From contig CM119263.1 of assembly GCA_051294375.1 (NCBI GenBank), positions 12,503,723-12,567,722 of the forward strand: 64,000 nucleotides of DNA. Direction: 5' to 3'. The position numbers and the translations under genes were made by a program. Of the stretch, positions 45,616 through 57,900 are shown one piece after another. Each line of letters opens with the position of its first letter. Position 1 is the stretch's first letter. Below the pieces are notes generated by a model. It searched no databases. It was not told the origin of the DNA and saw only the letters and a program-made list of their open reading frames with translations. The DNA is from Paraspadella gotoi (lineage: Eukaryota; Animalia; Chaetognatha).

Positions 45616-46101
45616 GAAATCCTTGGGGATTTTGAGTTGGATCGAGACCGATTTGCTCTTCACGCATCAAGTCATTCGTTATGCGTCATTAGAGACCGAT
45701 TTGACTTTTTTCTCTATGACCGAAACAGAAATTGCGTTTCCAATTATATACGCCAACATTTAGTATGTACGTACAACGAAGACGGCTACACTTTTATCAA
45801 TTCATGATTTTGTCATTTTATAAACGGTTTTGCCTTAAAAAGTATGGCGAGTTGAGGACCCGTCTTCTTTCTCATAAATATCACTCTCGATTTAAAAAAA
45901 GACTCCTTCAATCTCAGACTTTTGCATTCCAACTACTCTTTTTTTGCTATTATGTTTTGTTGTTTAGATGGGTATTTTTACGTAATATTAATTTCTTTAG
46001 AAACCTTCACTTTACCTTTCTCTGCTCATTTTTATCGTTTCAAAAGGAATTTTCTAATTTGTTGGCATTTCCCTGGAGTCAAGATCCGTTGCCCTCAAGG
46101 G

Positions 46102-46176
46102 TGAGGACTGAGGACTGAGGACTGAGGACTGAGGACTGAGGACTGAGGACTGAGGACTGAGGACTGAGGACTGAGG
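46102..46176. repeat. (TGAGGAC)n heptamer tandem repeat, ~10.5 copies
   Basis: Perfect 7-bp repeat seen directly. Confidence 0.95.
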
Positions 46177-46596
46177 AGTGAGGAGTGGCATTCGCTTCGT
46201 TTTTGTTGTTTCTCATCTTCGAGATGCGGAGTCTCTGATCTCAGGATTCAATTGGCTTTTCTTCTTCTCTCATTCTCTCTTCTCTTCTCTTCTCTTCTCT
46301 TCTCTTCTCTTCTCTTCTCTTCTCTTCTCTTCTCTTCTCTTCTCTTCTCTTCTCTTCTCTCCGCAGCCAATGACCTTCCCTTTTCCGATCCGCGACGAAA
46401 TGGGAAGAAACGACGCAAACAAAAATTGAGGCGGGAAGAAATTGGAAGGAAATTGGAGAAAGATAGAGACAGAGCCGATTCCTTCCCAACCTCAAAGAAA
46501 AACGAAAGAGATGGAGACGATCTTCGCTCAATCTCTGGTCAAGTCTCAGCAATTGCCAGGAAAAGGCGTGAAAGAGCACGGGGTCAGACTAACTCA

Positions 46597-46634
<38 letters not shown>

Positions 46635-48153
46635 TATACACGTGTGGGAGACAATATTTCCTTTTTTAAAACTTGCTTTTCATTCAGTAAGATCGTTAAA
46701 ACACGAGAAAATATAAAATTTAATAGCGAAACTTTTACGATTTGCGCAAAGATTTTCAGAAAATGAAAGTCGTAAAAGAACTGTTGTAATTATTTTTATA
46801 CGAGGGAGGAAAAAAACAAAGTCAAGAAATTATGAGGAAACTGTAGCAGAAAAAAAAATGATAGTCTTCGTTCGCTTTGTCGAGCGGACATGACGCGTTC
46901 CGTGACAGGGCGTACGATAAGTTTTATGACGGGGTCGTTTTCCCCCGAGAAAATCTGCGAAACGTCCTTGGGCGAGTTCTTTCGGCAATCGCCCTTTTAT
47001 TCGTCCGCCCACACACCCAGTCTCCGATCGATAATCGCCTTCTACATCATAACGAGAGCGAAGAAAACGTTAAGGGTGTGGACTGTGGACATGACGACGA
47101 CGACGAAAAAAAATTCAACATTGACGATGGAGAAGATGATGACGAGAAAATACTCCGAATACGGAGAGAGATACCGAAAAAGACGACGACGACGACGAAG
47201 AAAACAAAAGAGGGAAATGAGGAGAAAAAAACGATGACGATGACGACGACGACCAACGAAGAATCACAAGAATGAAACAAGGAAAAGAAAACGATGACGA
47301 CGATAAAGACGACGAATTTGGATAAAAGAATAAAAAGACGACAACGACGACTAGGATAACGACGACGACGACGACGACGAAAAGTGAAGAAGTCGATGGA
47401 TCGAATCCCGACCTCATGCAGTTTTCGTTCCAATCACCCAACCAGACTCCGAACTCCGAAGTCGGTCGGTTTCGTGAGAGGGGGAAGAGGGGAACTCCCG
47501 CAGCAGGGGTGAGGTGGGGGGGACAAAGGGGGGGATGAGGAGCAGGATCGAATGATGGGGAATTTAAAAGGTAAGTGGTCGGCTTCAATTGGATCGGGTA
47601 AAAAGTAAATAAAAAGTGAACTGAAACTTCGGGGTAATCGAAATAATTTAATATTTAATCTTTGTATATATTTTAATTTCTCTATTTTTATACTTAATTT
47701 AATTCTGTCTTCTCCTCTTCAAGAGTCACCGTAATTAGTCAAATATAAAAACAAATTAATAATCGAACTAAAAATTAACATAAAGTCAGTCTGCATTAAT
47801 GGCCCTTGTACTCTACCCTCGTCACTTTGTCTCAAAGAAATTGAAAAGGGACAAAAAGGGGGAAAAAAAATTAGACGAAGGGAAAAAAAAGAAAAAAGTG
47901 AAAAAAAGGGAAACTTTTCCCAAGATTCAAAGGACAATAAACCAAAGTGCAAACAAGAAGAAGAGGAAGGGGAAGAGGAAGAGAAGGAGAGGAAGGTCGA
48001 TGAGAAGGGTTGAAGTAGGTAGGTAGAGAAGTGAGCCTGAGGGGTGAACGCGGGAGGATCGACCGGGAATTTATTAAATTCTTAAACGCTGAGTGCGAGA
48101 GGGAAGGAGCTCACAAAATTAATGCGAAAAAGGTTAGATTGGCGCGGCGACTG

Positions 48154-48199
<46 letters not shown>

Positions 48200-48843
48200 A
48201 GAGGAGAGAAGACGAGAGAAGAAGAGAGGAGAGGAGAGAGACGAATCCTCGGAGAGGCGGTGGGGAAAGTTTCGAGGCGCCCTGCTATTCTTGGAACTTA
48301 GGTGTTGCCCTAAAATTGATAGGGCAAAAACACAAGCGTGCAAGGGCGAAAGCTGGAAATAGATAGCGAGATAGAAAAAGAGATAGAGAGCGGAAACATG
48401 TTCCGAGATCCGAGAGTTGGTTTGAAGAATTTTGAAACTATTCGCTGTGCATTACGCGTCTTAAAAAACACAAAATACAACAAAATTGAATATTTAATAT
48501 TTGAATAATCGGGAATCGGCGTTGGGTGCCTTGGCCGAAAGAGACCAACAAATATAGACTAACGACGACAATGGCCAATTTGATTTCGTCGGCCGGACGG
48601 ATAAAAACAAAACAAAAGGTAAACGTATATATATTTGTCTTTAAAACTGAAAAAAACCTTTATTAGTTTAATGAGATGAGAAAGTTTTTGGTTGGATATA
48701 TAACTGTCTTATCTCAATATATTTCACCTGTGCATATTGAGTCCCTTTCAAAACTTTAGTAATTTCAATTTTTCAGTCTCATACGGCGTTCTCTAGCCAA
48801 TTGAGAAAAACAATTGAATGCACTTCAACTTCAATATATATTT

Positions 48844-48855
48844 TGCGCATGCGCA
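48844..48855. promoter_or_regulatory. Perfect NRF1/EWG-type palindrome TGCGCATGCGCA
   Basis: Exact match to the known consensus, beside the CpG-rich 48.9-49.9 kb block. Function untested. Confidence 0.35.
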
Positions 48856-49265
48856 TGACGCAAGCATCAATTATATCTGACGACAACGACGGGTCGATTT
48901 TGATTAGTGGCTCGAAGTTACCTGTGGGAAAAAGGTTCCACCCGGGGAGCTAATCGCTCTCGCCGGTCATCGCGTCGGAGGAGGAAGAGGAGGAGAGACA
49001 GAGGAGAAGGAAAAAAAACCCTGCGGCGCGGAAAATGAGTTAACCGAGGTTATTTTCGTTGCGGCGACAGATTGCGGCGCTGATCGGCAGATGCGGCTGC
49101 TGATGCGCAGATTGCGGGGCGATGCGGAAGATGCTGCCTGCGCAGATCGGCGGTATGCGGCAAGTTGCGGCTGATGCGGCGGGATTGCGGGCTGCTGATG
49201 CGGCGACGGCAGATGAAGCAGCTTCGAGGAGAGGGTGGTAGTGGATCTCGCGATGGTGAGATTAC

Positions 49266-49413
49266 CTGCGTTCATCGACGTTGAAGAGGTGCAACGAGGG
49301 CGGAAAGGGGCGGAGAAAGTAGCAGCGCGGCGCGACGTGTCGACAGTGGCGGCGACGGCTGCGGAGCGGACAGGTTTTTTACGATGGCGGCGAAGATAAA
49401 GTGACTCTGACAT
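49266..49413 (-). CDS. Candidate distal first coding exon, possibly of the PDZ gene
   Basis: MSESLYLRRHRKKPVRSAAVAATVDTSRRAATFSAPFRPRCTSSTSMNA ending at CAG|GTAATC in phase 1, compatible with acceptors at 41694 and 30478. Lies in a CpG-rich island. Confidence 0.4.
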
Positions 49414-49497
49414 TGAACACCGGATGATAAAAACAACTCTTAATCTCTTCATTATAGACAAAGAACATTGCTGCGACGTTAGTGAGAGAGAGAAGAG

Positions 49498-49548
<51 letters not shown>

Positions 49549-50902
49549 GAGAGAGAGGAGAGAGAGAGAGAGAGAGAGAGAAAATTCTCGTACTTTTTTT
49601 AAAGATGGAGAGGTATGTAATATCCGAATAAAAAAAAAAAAAAAAAACCAAAAAAACCCTTTATTCAGGTCCAAATTCGAGTTCACATTTCATCTTCCCG
49701 ACTTCCCTTTTCTTCCCCCTCCACTTTTCTTCTCTCTGGCCTTTTCTTGGAGGCGTGTCCCGCTTCCGGCTTTGATCTTCTTCGATCCCGCGCCGATACG
49801 TGCCTTCCCGTCTCTCCGCCGGGCGCGTCGCCGTTGTCGCTCGTTGTCGTCATCGCTCGGGGAACGTCACGTCCAATTTTGGGCCGGAATCTGGTCTCCT
49901 TTGTCTCAGCTCAGTTTTTCTTTTTCGGCAGCAAAAAACTTAAGTTTTTTAGAGATGAGACTCATCTCATTGAGAGGAATTAGTACCTTTTTCATACTAC
50001 GAAATCGGTAAGTTGCACTTGCTTACAAGACAAAATCGTTAAAGATTATAAATCAAATGTACCAAGAGAAACTTTAGATGCGTGTAGTTTCGTTACACTT
50101 GGTTCATTGGCTCACCCTGATATTAATGAATGATGATTCAACGTTTTTTTTCCGATGTTCAAACCAAAATAAGCGATAGATTTCGTAAAATTATCGGTAA
50201 AAAGGTAAAGCGCTCGTATTTTTTTTTCGAAAAGAAAGCACTTTGGGATTCGGATGACACGTGATCTTATTTTCCGGCACCAAAGGATATTCGCTCCTTT
50301 TTCCGGCGCCCAAATGGCACGTGCTCTTTCGTTCCGGCGCCCGAAGCGACGAACTCGGAGTCTTTGACCCGAATTGCGGGAAATCGAAACTCGACATCCG
50401 AATCTTGTTTGCTTGCCCTGGATTTCTCTGCGGAGTGAGGGAGAGTGAGAGAGAGAAAAAAGAAAGGAAGGATTTATGACTTTATTCGAGAGTAGTTCGG
50501 AATAGGTTTCCGAAAAAATTGGTCTACGCTATTCAGACTATACGCTATACACTACGGTTTAGAGTCCAAAGTATACAGATTCTGTGGCTGCTTCTTCAGA
50601 GTTCAAATACTAATTCTCGTTTTTTTCTTCTATTGAATTGTTATTGGCGAAAATTATTTTTGTTTCAACAACGATGTTTTATTTACATTATTATTGAATT
50701 GTTTTACTTTACCGCATAAAATAAAACGCTAACTTGTTTCAGTAAAACACATAAAGATAATTAGAAAGTTATAACCGAAACGTAATTTAGGCAATATTTT
50801 GTCAAAATTCAAAAAAGATGCTGGGCTGTCACAATTTCATTATTTGTAAATAAAAGTTTCTGCTCAAAAAAGAAATTGGCAATTGCCTCTGCTATTGACC
50901 AA

Positions 50903-53181
50903 TCAAAACTCGCACAGAAAGGGTTTGAGATTCGGGGCGTAACAAAAATCATCGACCCAAGCGTGATCCGCCGACGCGTAGACGCTTTCCACCCAGACCC
51001 AGACGCACGCGGAAGCCATGACGTCGTCCGAAGGGGAACCCGAAATCCAAGGCGCCACGCCTCCCCATTTCCGGTGGGAGAATTTGAAAGCGCCCCCGTC
51101 GCTCCATACGAAGGAGTCTCCCATTCGTCGGGCGCCTATGTACATGAGGACGGGGGGGAAAGAGGAAAGATTAGTAATTAGAGGAAGTGAAATAAGTGGA
51201 AATGGTAAGGTTCATGCCCCAATGGCCCAATGGCTACGAAGAAGCTGCTAATAAAATAAAACAAATCCGTTGTCTGTCGGCGTAATAACATTTTCATTTA
51301 ATTCTAAAGGGGCGGTATCAAAAATTGTTTTCGTTAAAACAAACAATAAAATAGATTTCATATGAACTAAGTTCTTAGGAATGAAATTTACCGATCCAAA
51401 TGTGAGCTCCCCAAGCGTGGAATATTTTGAAAAGTTCCTCTCCGATTTTCATCCAATCATCGAGCGAAGAAAAAGAGGCCAAGTGTCCTCCGTGCATTCT
51501 AAATTTCGACACCGTTCAATATAAGTTGTTCGATGTCAAGAATATCAACGGAAAACAGAAACGTCACCTGCAATAGTTTTCGGCCGAATTCCAATCGAGC
51601 GCGTCCTCGATCAAGCGAAATCGCGATTCAGAGTTCACGCCGAAACCGACGACTGTGAAAACAACAAAGAAGATCACAAAAACTGTGATAAAACGTTGAG
51701 AGGAATCGGGTTAAATATTTTCGTAAAGTAAAAGCGCTCACGTGCGAGGCTCTCGTTGCCTTCGTTGTTATTATGCGTGGCCCCTTTCACTGGGGTTGCG
51801 TCTCGGTCGGGACGGAGAAAGTTGGCGGTGAAAGTGTCGTCTGCTCTTTTGTCGTCGACGTCATTTTCGGGTCTTACTTTGTCGTTGCAGGCGTCGTCCA
51901 CGAAAGACCTGATCGCCTGCAATTCTGTATTGGATCAAAGCGGTCTGAGTATTGGTGGAGAGACTCCAGTGTCCAGTGTCCGCGGTCAAGAGGTATAAGT
52001 GAATTACGTTTTGAAAATGTAAGTTTAGTAACTACGTTAGCCGCTTATATTATACAATATACATATGTATAGAATTATAGATGCTTCCTTTATTTCCAGA
52101 AGACAATATTAACATCTCTTTTCCTTTCTCAAATACAAAATGTTAAACAAGGCTATTTATTAAGCTTCATATTGACCTACATAGATAAATGTACCATTTA
52201 TAATTATAAAATCTAATCTAATATATGCAGTAAAACAAGTCCAAATGCAAAATGCAAATGTTTACCTTTTTCGAAATTTTGCATTAGATTCGTTTCCACC
52301 GAAATCAAATTCTGAAATCAAAATTATACTTGTTATTATAGTAACATTTATGAAAAAACCTAAAAAAAATGGTGACGGCGGCGTACTTCAGTTGCTGGAA
52401 AAAATATAAATAAATTGATAATTAAGTAATGTGTAACTGCAAGTGAGCATTAACGAATCAAAGACATTTACCGACGTCAAATGAACAAAATCCCTAATTA
52501 GATGACGTCAAATAAAGGAGAATCACACTCACCCTTTCGCCTCTTGTAGTCGACGCATCCGTTCGGCAGAGCAGTGATCCGCGGAGTTGCCACACACCCG
52601 CTCGGCGCGCGCAAGGGTAGGCCGAGTCGGGATCGCACCCGAAACGCTGGTTGTCGCAGATGCCATGCCCCGGATCGCAGGGGCTGTGGGGAGAAACGTC
52701 AATAATTTATACCATCGTGTTTTTGAAGGCGAAGCATCGAAAAGAGTAGTCCTTGAAGTCACGCTGAATGGAAAAAAAAAGGGTCAGCGACGCGCAGAGC
52801 TGGGACGTCGCCGTGGCGCTGAGGATCAACGGCGACGCCGCAACGCCGGATCCACGACGGCGCGCGAGGTTTCCATTGAAATTTCTTGCGACATAACGGG
52901 TCGCTTCTCAAATATGGAAGCTTCGTCTTTTACGTTTATCGCTCGACGTGGAGCGAACGGTGCCGACATTGCCGACATTGCCGACGCGGCCGACACATAT
53001 GACATGGCCGACATCGCCTCTGCTGACGCCGCAGACGCCGACGTCACCCTTCGTAACTCGTAAATAATTCATATTTTTCATTTTATGAGAGAATAACCCT
53101 GTCTCACACACTCCCCCCTATCTATATTCCTCTCTCTCTCTCTCACTCTCTCCCTCCCTCCCTCCCTTTCTCTCTCCCCCC

Positions 53182-53248
<67 letters not shown>

Positions 53249-53841
53249 GAGTTCTTTCCTTCATATTGTTTTCCGGTTCAACGATTATTTGTTATCAGTT
53301 TTTTGTTTAGCGATATTGTTTTCTTTTGTTCAGAATTGAGGCGAAATTTACGGCCTGTCGCTCCTATAAGACGTTCTCGGAAAAACTCACGATCAAAATT
53401 TCTAAACACAAAAAGTTAATATCGTAATAATAATAATTTTTTTTATCCTACACGTAGAAAACATTCCACTTACTCTTTTGGCGGTGAATCCAGGACGAAA
53501 ACTTGGGAAGATTAGAAGACGCATTTTTCAAAAGGAGATTGAGCGAGTTGAGGGACTGACAAACGTCGCAACTGAAAAAAAGGAAATTCGCCGGTTGTGA
53601 AAAAGCAAGCGAGATGGGAACAGCAGGGAGAGACAAGAAAAGAGCTCACAGGAGAGAGAGAGAAAAAAAGGGGATGAGAAAGACAAAGAAAGACAGAGAG
53701 AAAGAGGGAAAAAAAAGAAGGAAGGAAAGAAATTAAAAAATAAAAAAAAGCCCCTTACCCGCTATTTCTCTGTTGAGGTGGAGTCGCTTCGACGCGAAAG
53801 ACAAAAATGCGAAGCAGAATCAAAATGGATATTCTGTTCAT
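50903..53841 (-). CDS. Secreted protein with a Cys-rich hevein-like (chitin-binding type 1-like) module and a C-terminal C-type lectin domain; frameshifted as assembled
   Basis: Signal-peptide exon from 53841 (MNRISILILLRIFVFRVEA). Exon ~53572-53475 (CDVCQSLN...). The middle part is unresolved. Cys exon 52683-52533, then phase-consistent exons 51924-51742, 51652-51568, 51498-51392, 51135-50903, giving LDWNSAENYCRMHGGHLASFSS...IWIGARR...FVWSDG...W...P...ACV...WVDDFC...KPFLCEF, a canonical CTLD pattern. Confidence 0.8.
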
Positions 53842-54296
53842 GTTTCTCTGCAAACAATTTAACGGCCACTTTTCTATAAAATTATGAATCTTTATAGAGA
53901 AACGGAGGAGAAAAACAAAAGCGATGAATCGAAAATAGGATTATCTAGGGAATGACGTCAACTTCGAAGAATACGGGAAGTGCACACGGAAAAAAAAAGG
54001 TTATATCACGCATTGAAGCCTTAAAATTACCTGGGAAGCAAAATCAAACGTTTAAATCAAAAGAATACGGTGACGGACGCTAAAATAAAGAAGAGCAGAA
54101 ATTTAAAAAAAAAGAAGAAAAAAAAAAAGAAAGACTTGGAGAGACTTCGGGTTTTGAGGGGAAATCTGACTCGGAGCCTGAATCGCTAAACCCTGGCCTC
54201 TTATTGACTCCTCCCCCTCTTCCTTTTCCTCCCTTTCCTCTAATCCACAGTCTCATCCTCTTCTTCCTTATCTCCTTCTGATTCTTGATACGAGAG

Positions 54297-54297
<1 letters not shown>

Positions 54298-54372
<75 letters not shown>
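54298..54372. repeat. (CAT)n trinucleotide microsatellite
   Basis: About 25 perfect units. Explains the poly-D and poly-M ORFs. Confidence 0.95.
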
Positions 54373-54649
54373 TATCTTCGCCGTTGTCATCGTCATTGAC
54401 ATTCGCCGCTGGGCCGTCTTCGTCGTCACCATGATCAACGTTGTTGTTGTCGTCGTCATTGTTGTCGTCGCCCCAAATTTCGTCGTGGTAATCCCTAATG
54501 TTTAGCTTCATCATCTTTTTAAAAGTTTATATAATTGTTTGCCCACCTCCTAAAATTCTCATCTCGGTTTCTAGTTAAACGAGAAAAGTTAGCTTAAAGT
54601 GACAACACCCACGCGTCAAACCCTCCCATTAATGCGAAACAATATACAA

Positions 54650-54672
54650 AGAGAGAGAGAGGGAGAGAGAGA

Positions 54673-54704
<32 letters not shown>

Positions 54705-54863
54705 AAGATAAAGAGAAAGAGAGAGGAGAGAGATAGAGAGAGAGAGGAGAAGGAGAGAGAGAGAGAGAGAGAGGAGAAGAGAGGAAAGAGAAGAGAGATG
54801 AGGAGAGAGAGAAAGAGAAAGAGAGAGAGAGAGAGAGAGATAAGAGAGAGAAATAGAGAGAAT

Positions 54864-54896
<33 letters not shown>

Positions 54897-54996
54897 GAGA
54901 AGAGAGAGAGAGCATAGAGAGAAGAGACGAGAGAAGAAGAGATGAAGGAGAGAGAGATGTAGAGAAAGAGGGAGAGAAAGAGAGAGAGAGAGAGAG
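54650..54996. repeat. Long degenerate (AG)n polypurine tract
   Basis: Seen directly. Confidence 0.93.
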
Positions 54997-57900
54997 TTTT
55001 CGCTGTTTGACACTAAAGGATGTTCCCGCTGACGTGTGGTCGTCAAAGACATGGAACTGACTTCTCATCGTCGTGAAAGTTTATGACCACGGCCTCGACT
55101 CTCCCTACGCGACTTTTCACGTCTCTCTGTCTTTATATCGCTATCAATCTGGCTCGCTTCGTTCGTAATTTATGTACGTAAGCTTTTCAGTTATAGTGTC
55201 ATTGTATAAATTTAATGTTAAATTTTATGTGGAATAAAAATGGGAACAAATACTTCCGAGTTTTATTCACGTCTCATTCTTTCACAGCGACATAAATACT
55301 AAGCATAAAATTTCAGTTGAGGGAAATTGAGGTCAATTCAATGTGTGAGTTTATAAAACCTCATGCTCTCCCGTGATCGTGAGTCCACAGTAAAAGCTTG
55401 AACACGAAGTTTCATATTTATATTCGATGAAAATTTAGATTAAAAATGTCACCAAGGTTCGTGTTTTGAATTTAAAAAAAAAATAGAATTAGGTTCTTGG
55501 TCCAAATAGTCATCTATTTATAATTGAGACAAAAAGCTTTAAGAATATAATGTTCGAACTAAATTACATAGTTTTCTGTGGAATTTATCTTCTGTTGTGA
55601 AAATTGGAAGTCACTGTCTTCAAGATTGACTGGCGAAAAAATCACTAAAGAGCAACAAATTTTGACGACGGCGATCAGTTTTATCGAGAAGGTCAAATTT
55701 CTTTTTTTAACAAATTTTCTTGTTTTTTTTTTTAGCTTTAATGTTATTAATGGCCCTTTTATGCTTCAGACGTCTAGGGATTATTTTCTTGCGCAAAAGT
55801 CTGAATACGAAGCATCGGCTGGCATTTGACGTCGGGACTTTCCAACAAGTCCCTCGAGACCGAGGGGCGGGGCCATTCGGTTCCGAAGGATGCCAACAAG
55901 CGTGAGGTTTGTACCAGCGACTGGCAAGTTGTCGGATTATTTGGCTGGCTCTCACGAGATTTCCTGGACAAGACGGTGAGGTAACAGATTGTGACTGATC
56001 GGTTTAGACTGCAATTTTTTGTCTTAGGTGAGGCACGCCGGTATGAAGGGAAACAGAAGATGCGGTTTGAAAAAGGTGAGATACTAATCCAAAAAAACAG
56101 GTGAAAAAAAAATCGGGGGGAAAAATGATTTTTAAGATGAACTTTCATTTTATAATTTTATGTAATTTATCCATTTATTGAAATTCGATTATATTTCGCG
56201 TGATAAACCAGAGCAAGGGAGAAAAAAAAAGTAGTGTGAATGACAATGAAATGGTAATGGTCTGCCTTCGCAACTTCTCAGGGTCTCCGTGGACTAATGC
56301 ACTATCCTATTGTGCGCCTCTCGTTCGAACCCTGAGGTTGTCATGTAGAAAGTGGGATGGACCGGGAACCCACCGGTAGTTCTGGACTACTTGAACTTGC
56401 TGTCCTCCCGTCTCCTCTGGGTGGCATCGCTTCAGGTGTCGCGCCATGTAAAACCAGCCTCTGCAATGAAATAGATAGTAGGTATAATGGAAAGGAAAGG
56501 AAAGAAAGAAGCAAAAACGAAGTATTGAGGGGGAAAGTAAGAAAACTCAAATCAAAGACAATCGAATGAATAAAAAAAGAGCAGCGGTATTTTTCTAAAT
56601 CGCTACCGCTGCGACGTGACAAATAGCAATAACGAAAACAAATGAACTATTGCTCAATTACGTAACTCCAAACAATGAAACATCAGACAAACGATCTTGA
56701 ATATTTGTAGAGGTATTGTCGTTGGTCTTTTGGATTTTTCTATTGTTTTTTTCACTGCTTTGACAGAGTTCGCTTTTTTGCTTATTTCAGAGCTTTCCCT
56801 CCACTTTTTCTTCCAGTCAAGATACCGAGGCCGTGATGTAGACTCTGAGATTTCCCCACCCGTCCACAAACGGCCTCATCACGTCGGTCACCGGGCAGTT
56901 TTGTGACACAGGCCGCGAGCCCACGAAGAAGCCACCGAGAGAGTGACTTGTGGCTCGGTCATAGACTTTCTCCGGCGGACTTGTGGCCTCAGTCTCAAGC
57001 CACACTCAAGGTTGACGAGGACGACGCCGGCAGGAGCCTGCGTTATGCGGCAACGACTACGTGGGATGGCGCAGCCAGCTTTCCCCAGTTGCGGCACAAA
57101 CGGGGAGGGACACGGAGGAACGACCTTTCAGGAGGGCAAACACATTTACAATATCTTGAGATTCTCTCCACAATCTTGTGGTCGATATGGCGTATATATA
57201 TATATATATATATACGAAGAATTTGCAAAACCATATTTTTTAAAATAATTTTATCCAGATGAGCCTCACCGCTGTCAGTCGGTCCGTTGCGAGGAGACAG
57301 TCTATCCTTGCTGCTCTTCCTCCCCTTATCCCCACCGACACCCTTTAACCGATTTCCCCTTTTCCGCCACCCAAGAAGGCCTCGGGGATTCGCCCGTCAG
57401 ATTCAAAGACGAAGAGACGAAGCCAATCCAGGATCCAAACGTGATTGGCGTTAATTTGGGCGGAAATTTGTTGCCAAGCGGAAAAGGGGGAGTTGTTTCC
57501 CGTGGAGTAAGTTAACGAACTGAAAGAGGCGGAGGTCCGTGAGGGGGGGTGTGGGGGGGCGGAGAGCTTCGGGATATGAGGTTAAGAGGATTTTTTTGGG
57601 GCGAAATGAAGAATCAAAGAGTAACTGGTGTGTAAGTATATACAAAAGCATATACATATTCGTATACACCTATAATTTATTGGAAGACAAATTCAATTAA
57701 TAAAAGAAAGAAAAAACAACAAAAAAAGTGATCACTATTGGGACCTTCTTCTAATGTTGCAACCGACGCTTAAAAAAGGGACAAAAACAAGAGATTCCAT
57801 GTTTTCGAAATTGACGACAGAAACGTTCTCGCTGTTATAAACACAAAAAAGTGAACCCAGCGACGTTTGAAGCAAACAAAATAAAAGGCCTCTTGGCTTC

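Noticed and set aside
51216-51240. GCCCCAATGGCCCAATGG, like a tRNA 5' end or A-box
   Set aside because: No anticodon arm, T-arm or B-box follows.
54080-54514. Poly-Asp ORF as an aspein-like protein
   Set aside because: Driven by a (GAT)n microsatellite, with no signal peptide or splice support.
57263-57305. GCCTCACCGCTGTCAGTC as a fourth copy of the RNA element
   Set aside because: Only one short block matches; the AGCC/GGCT hairpin and GTCCTAA core are missing.
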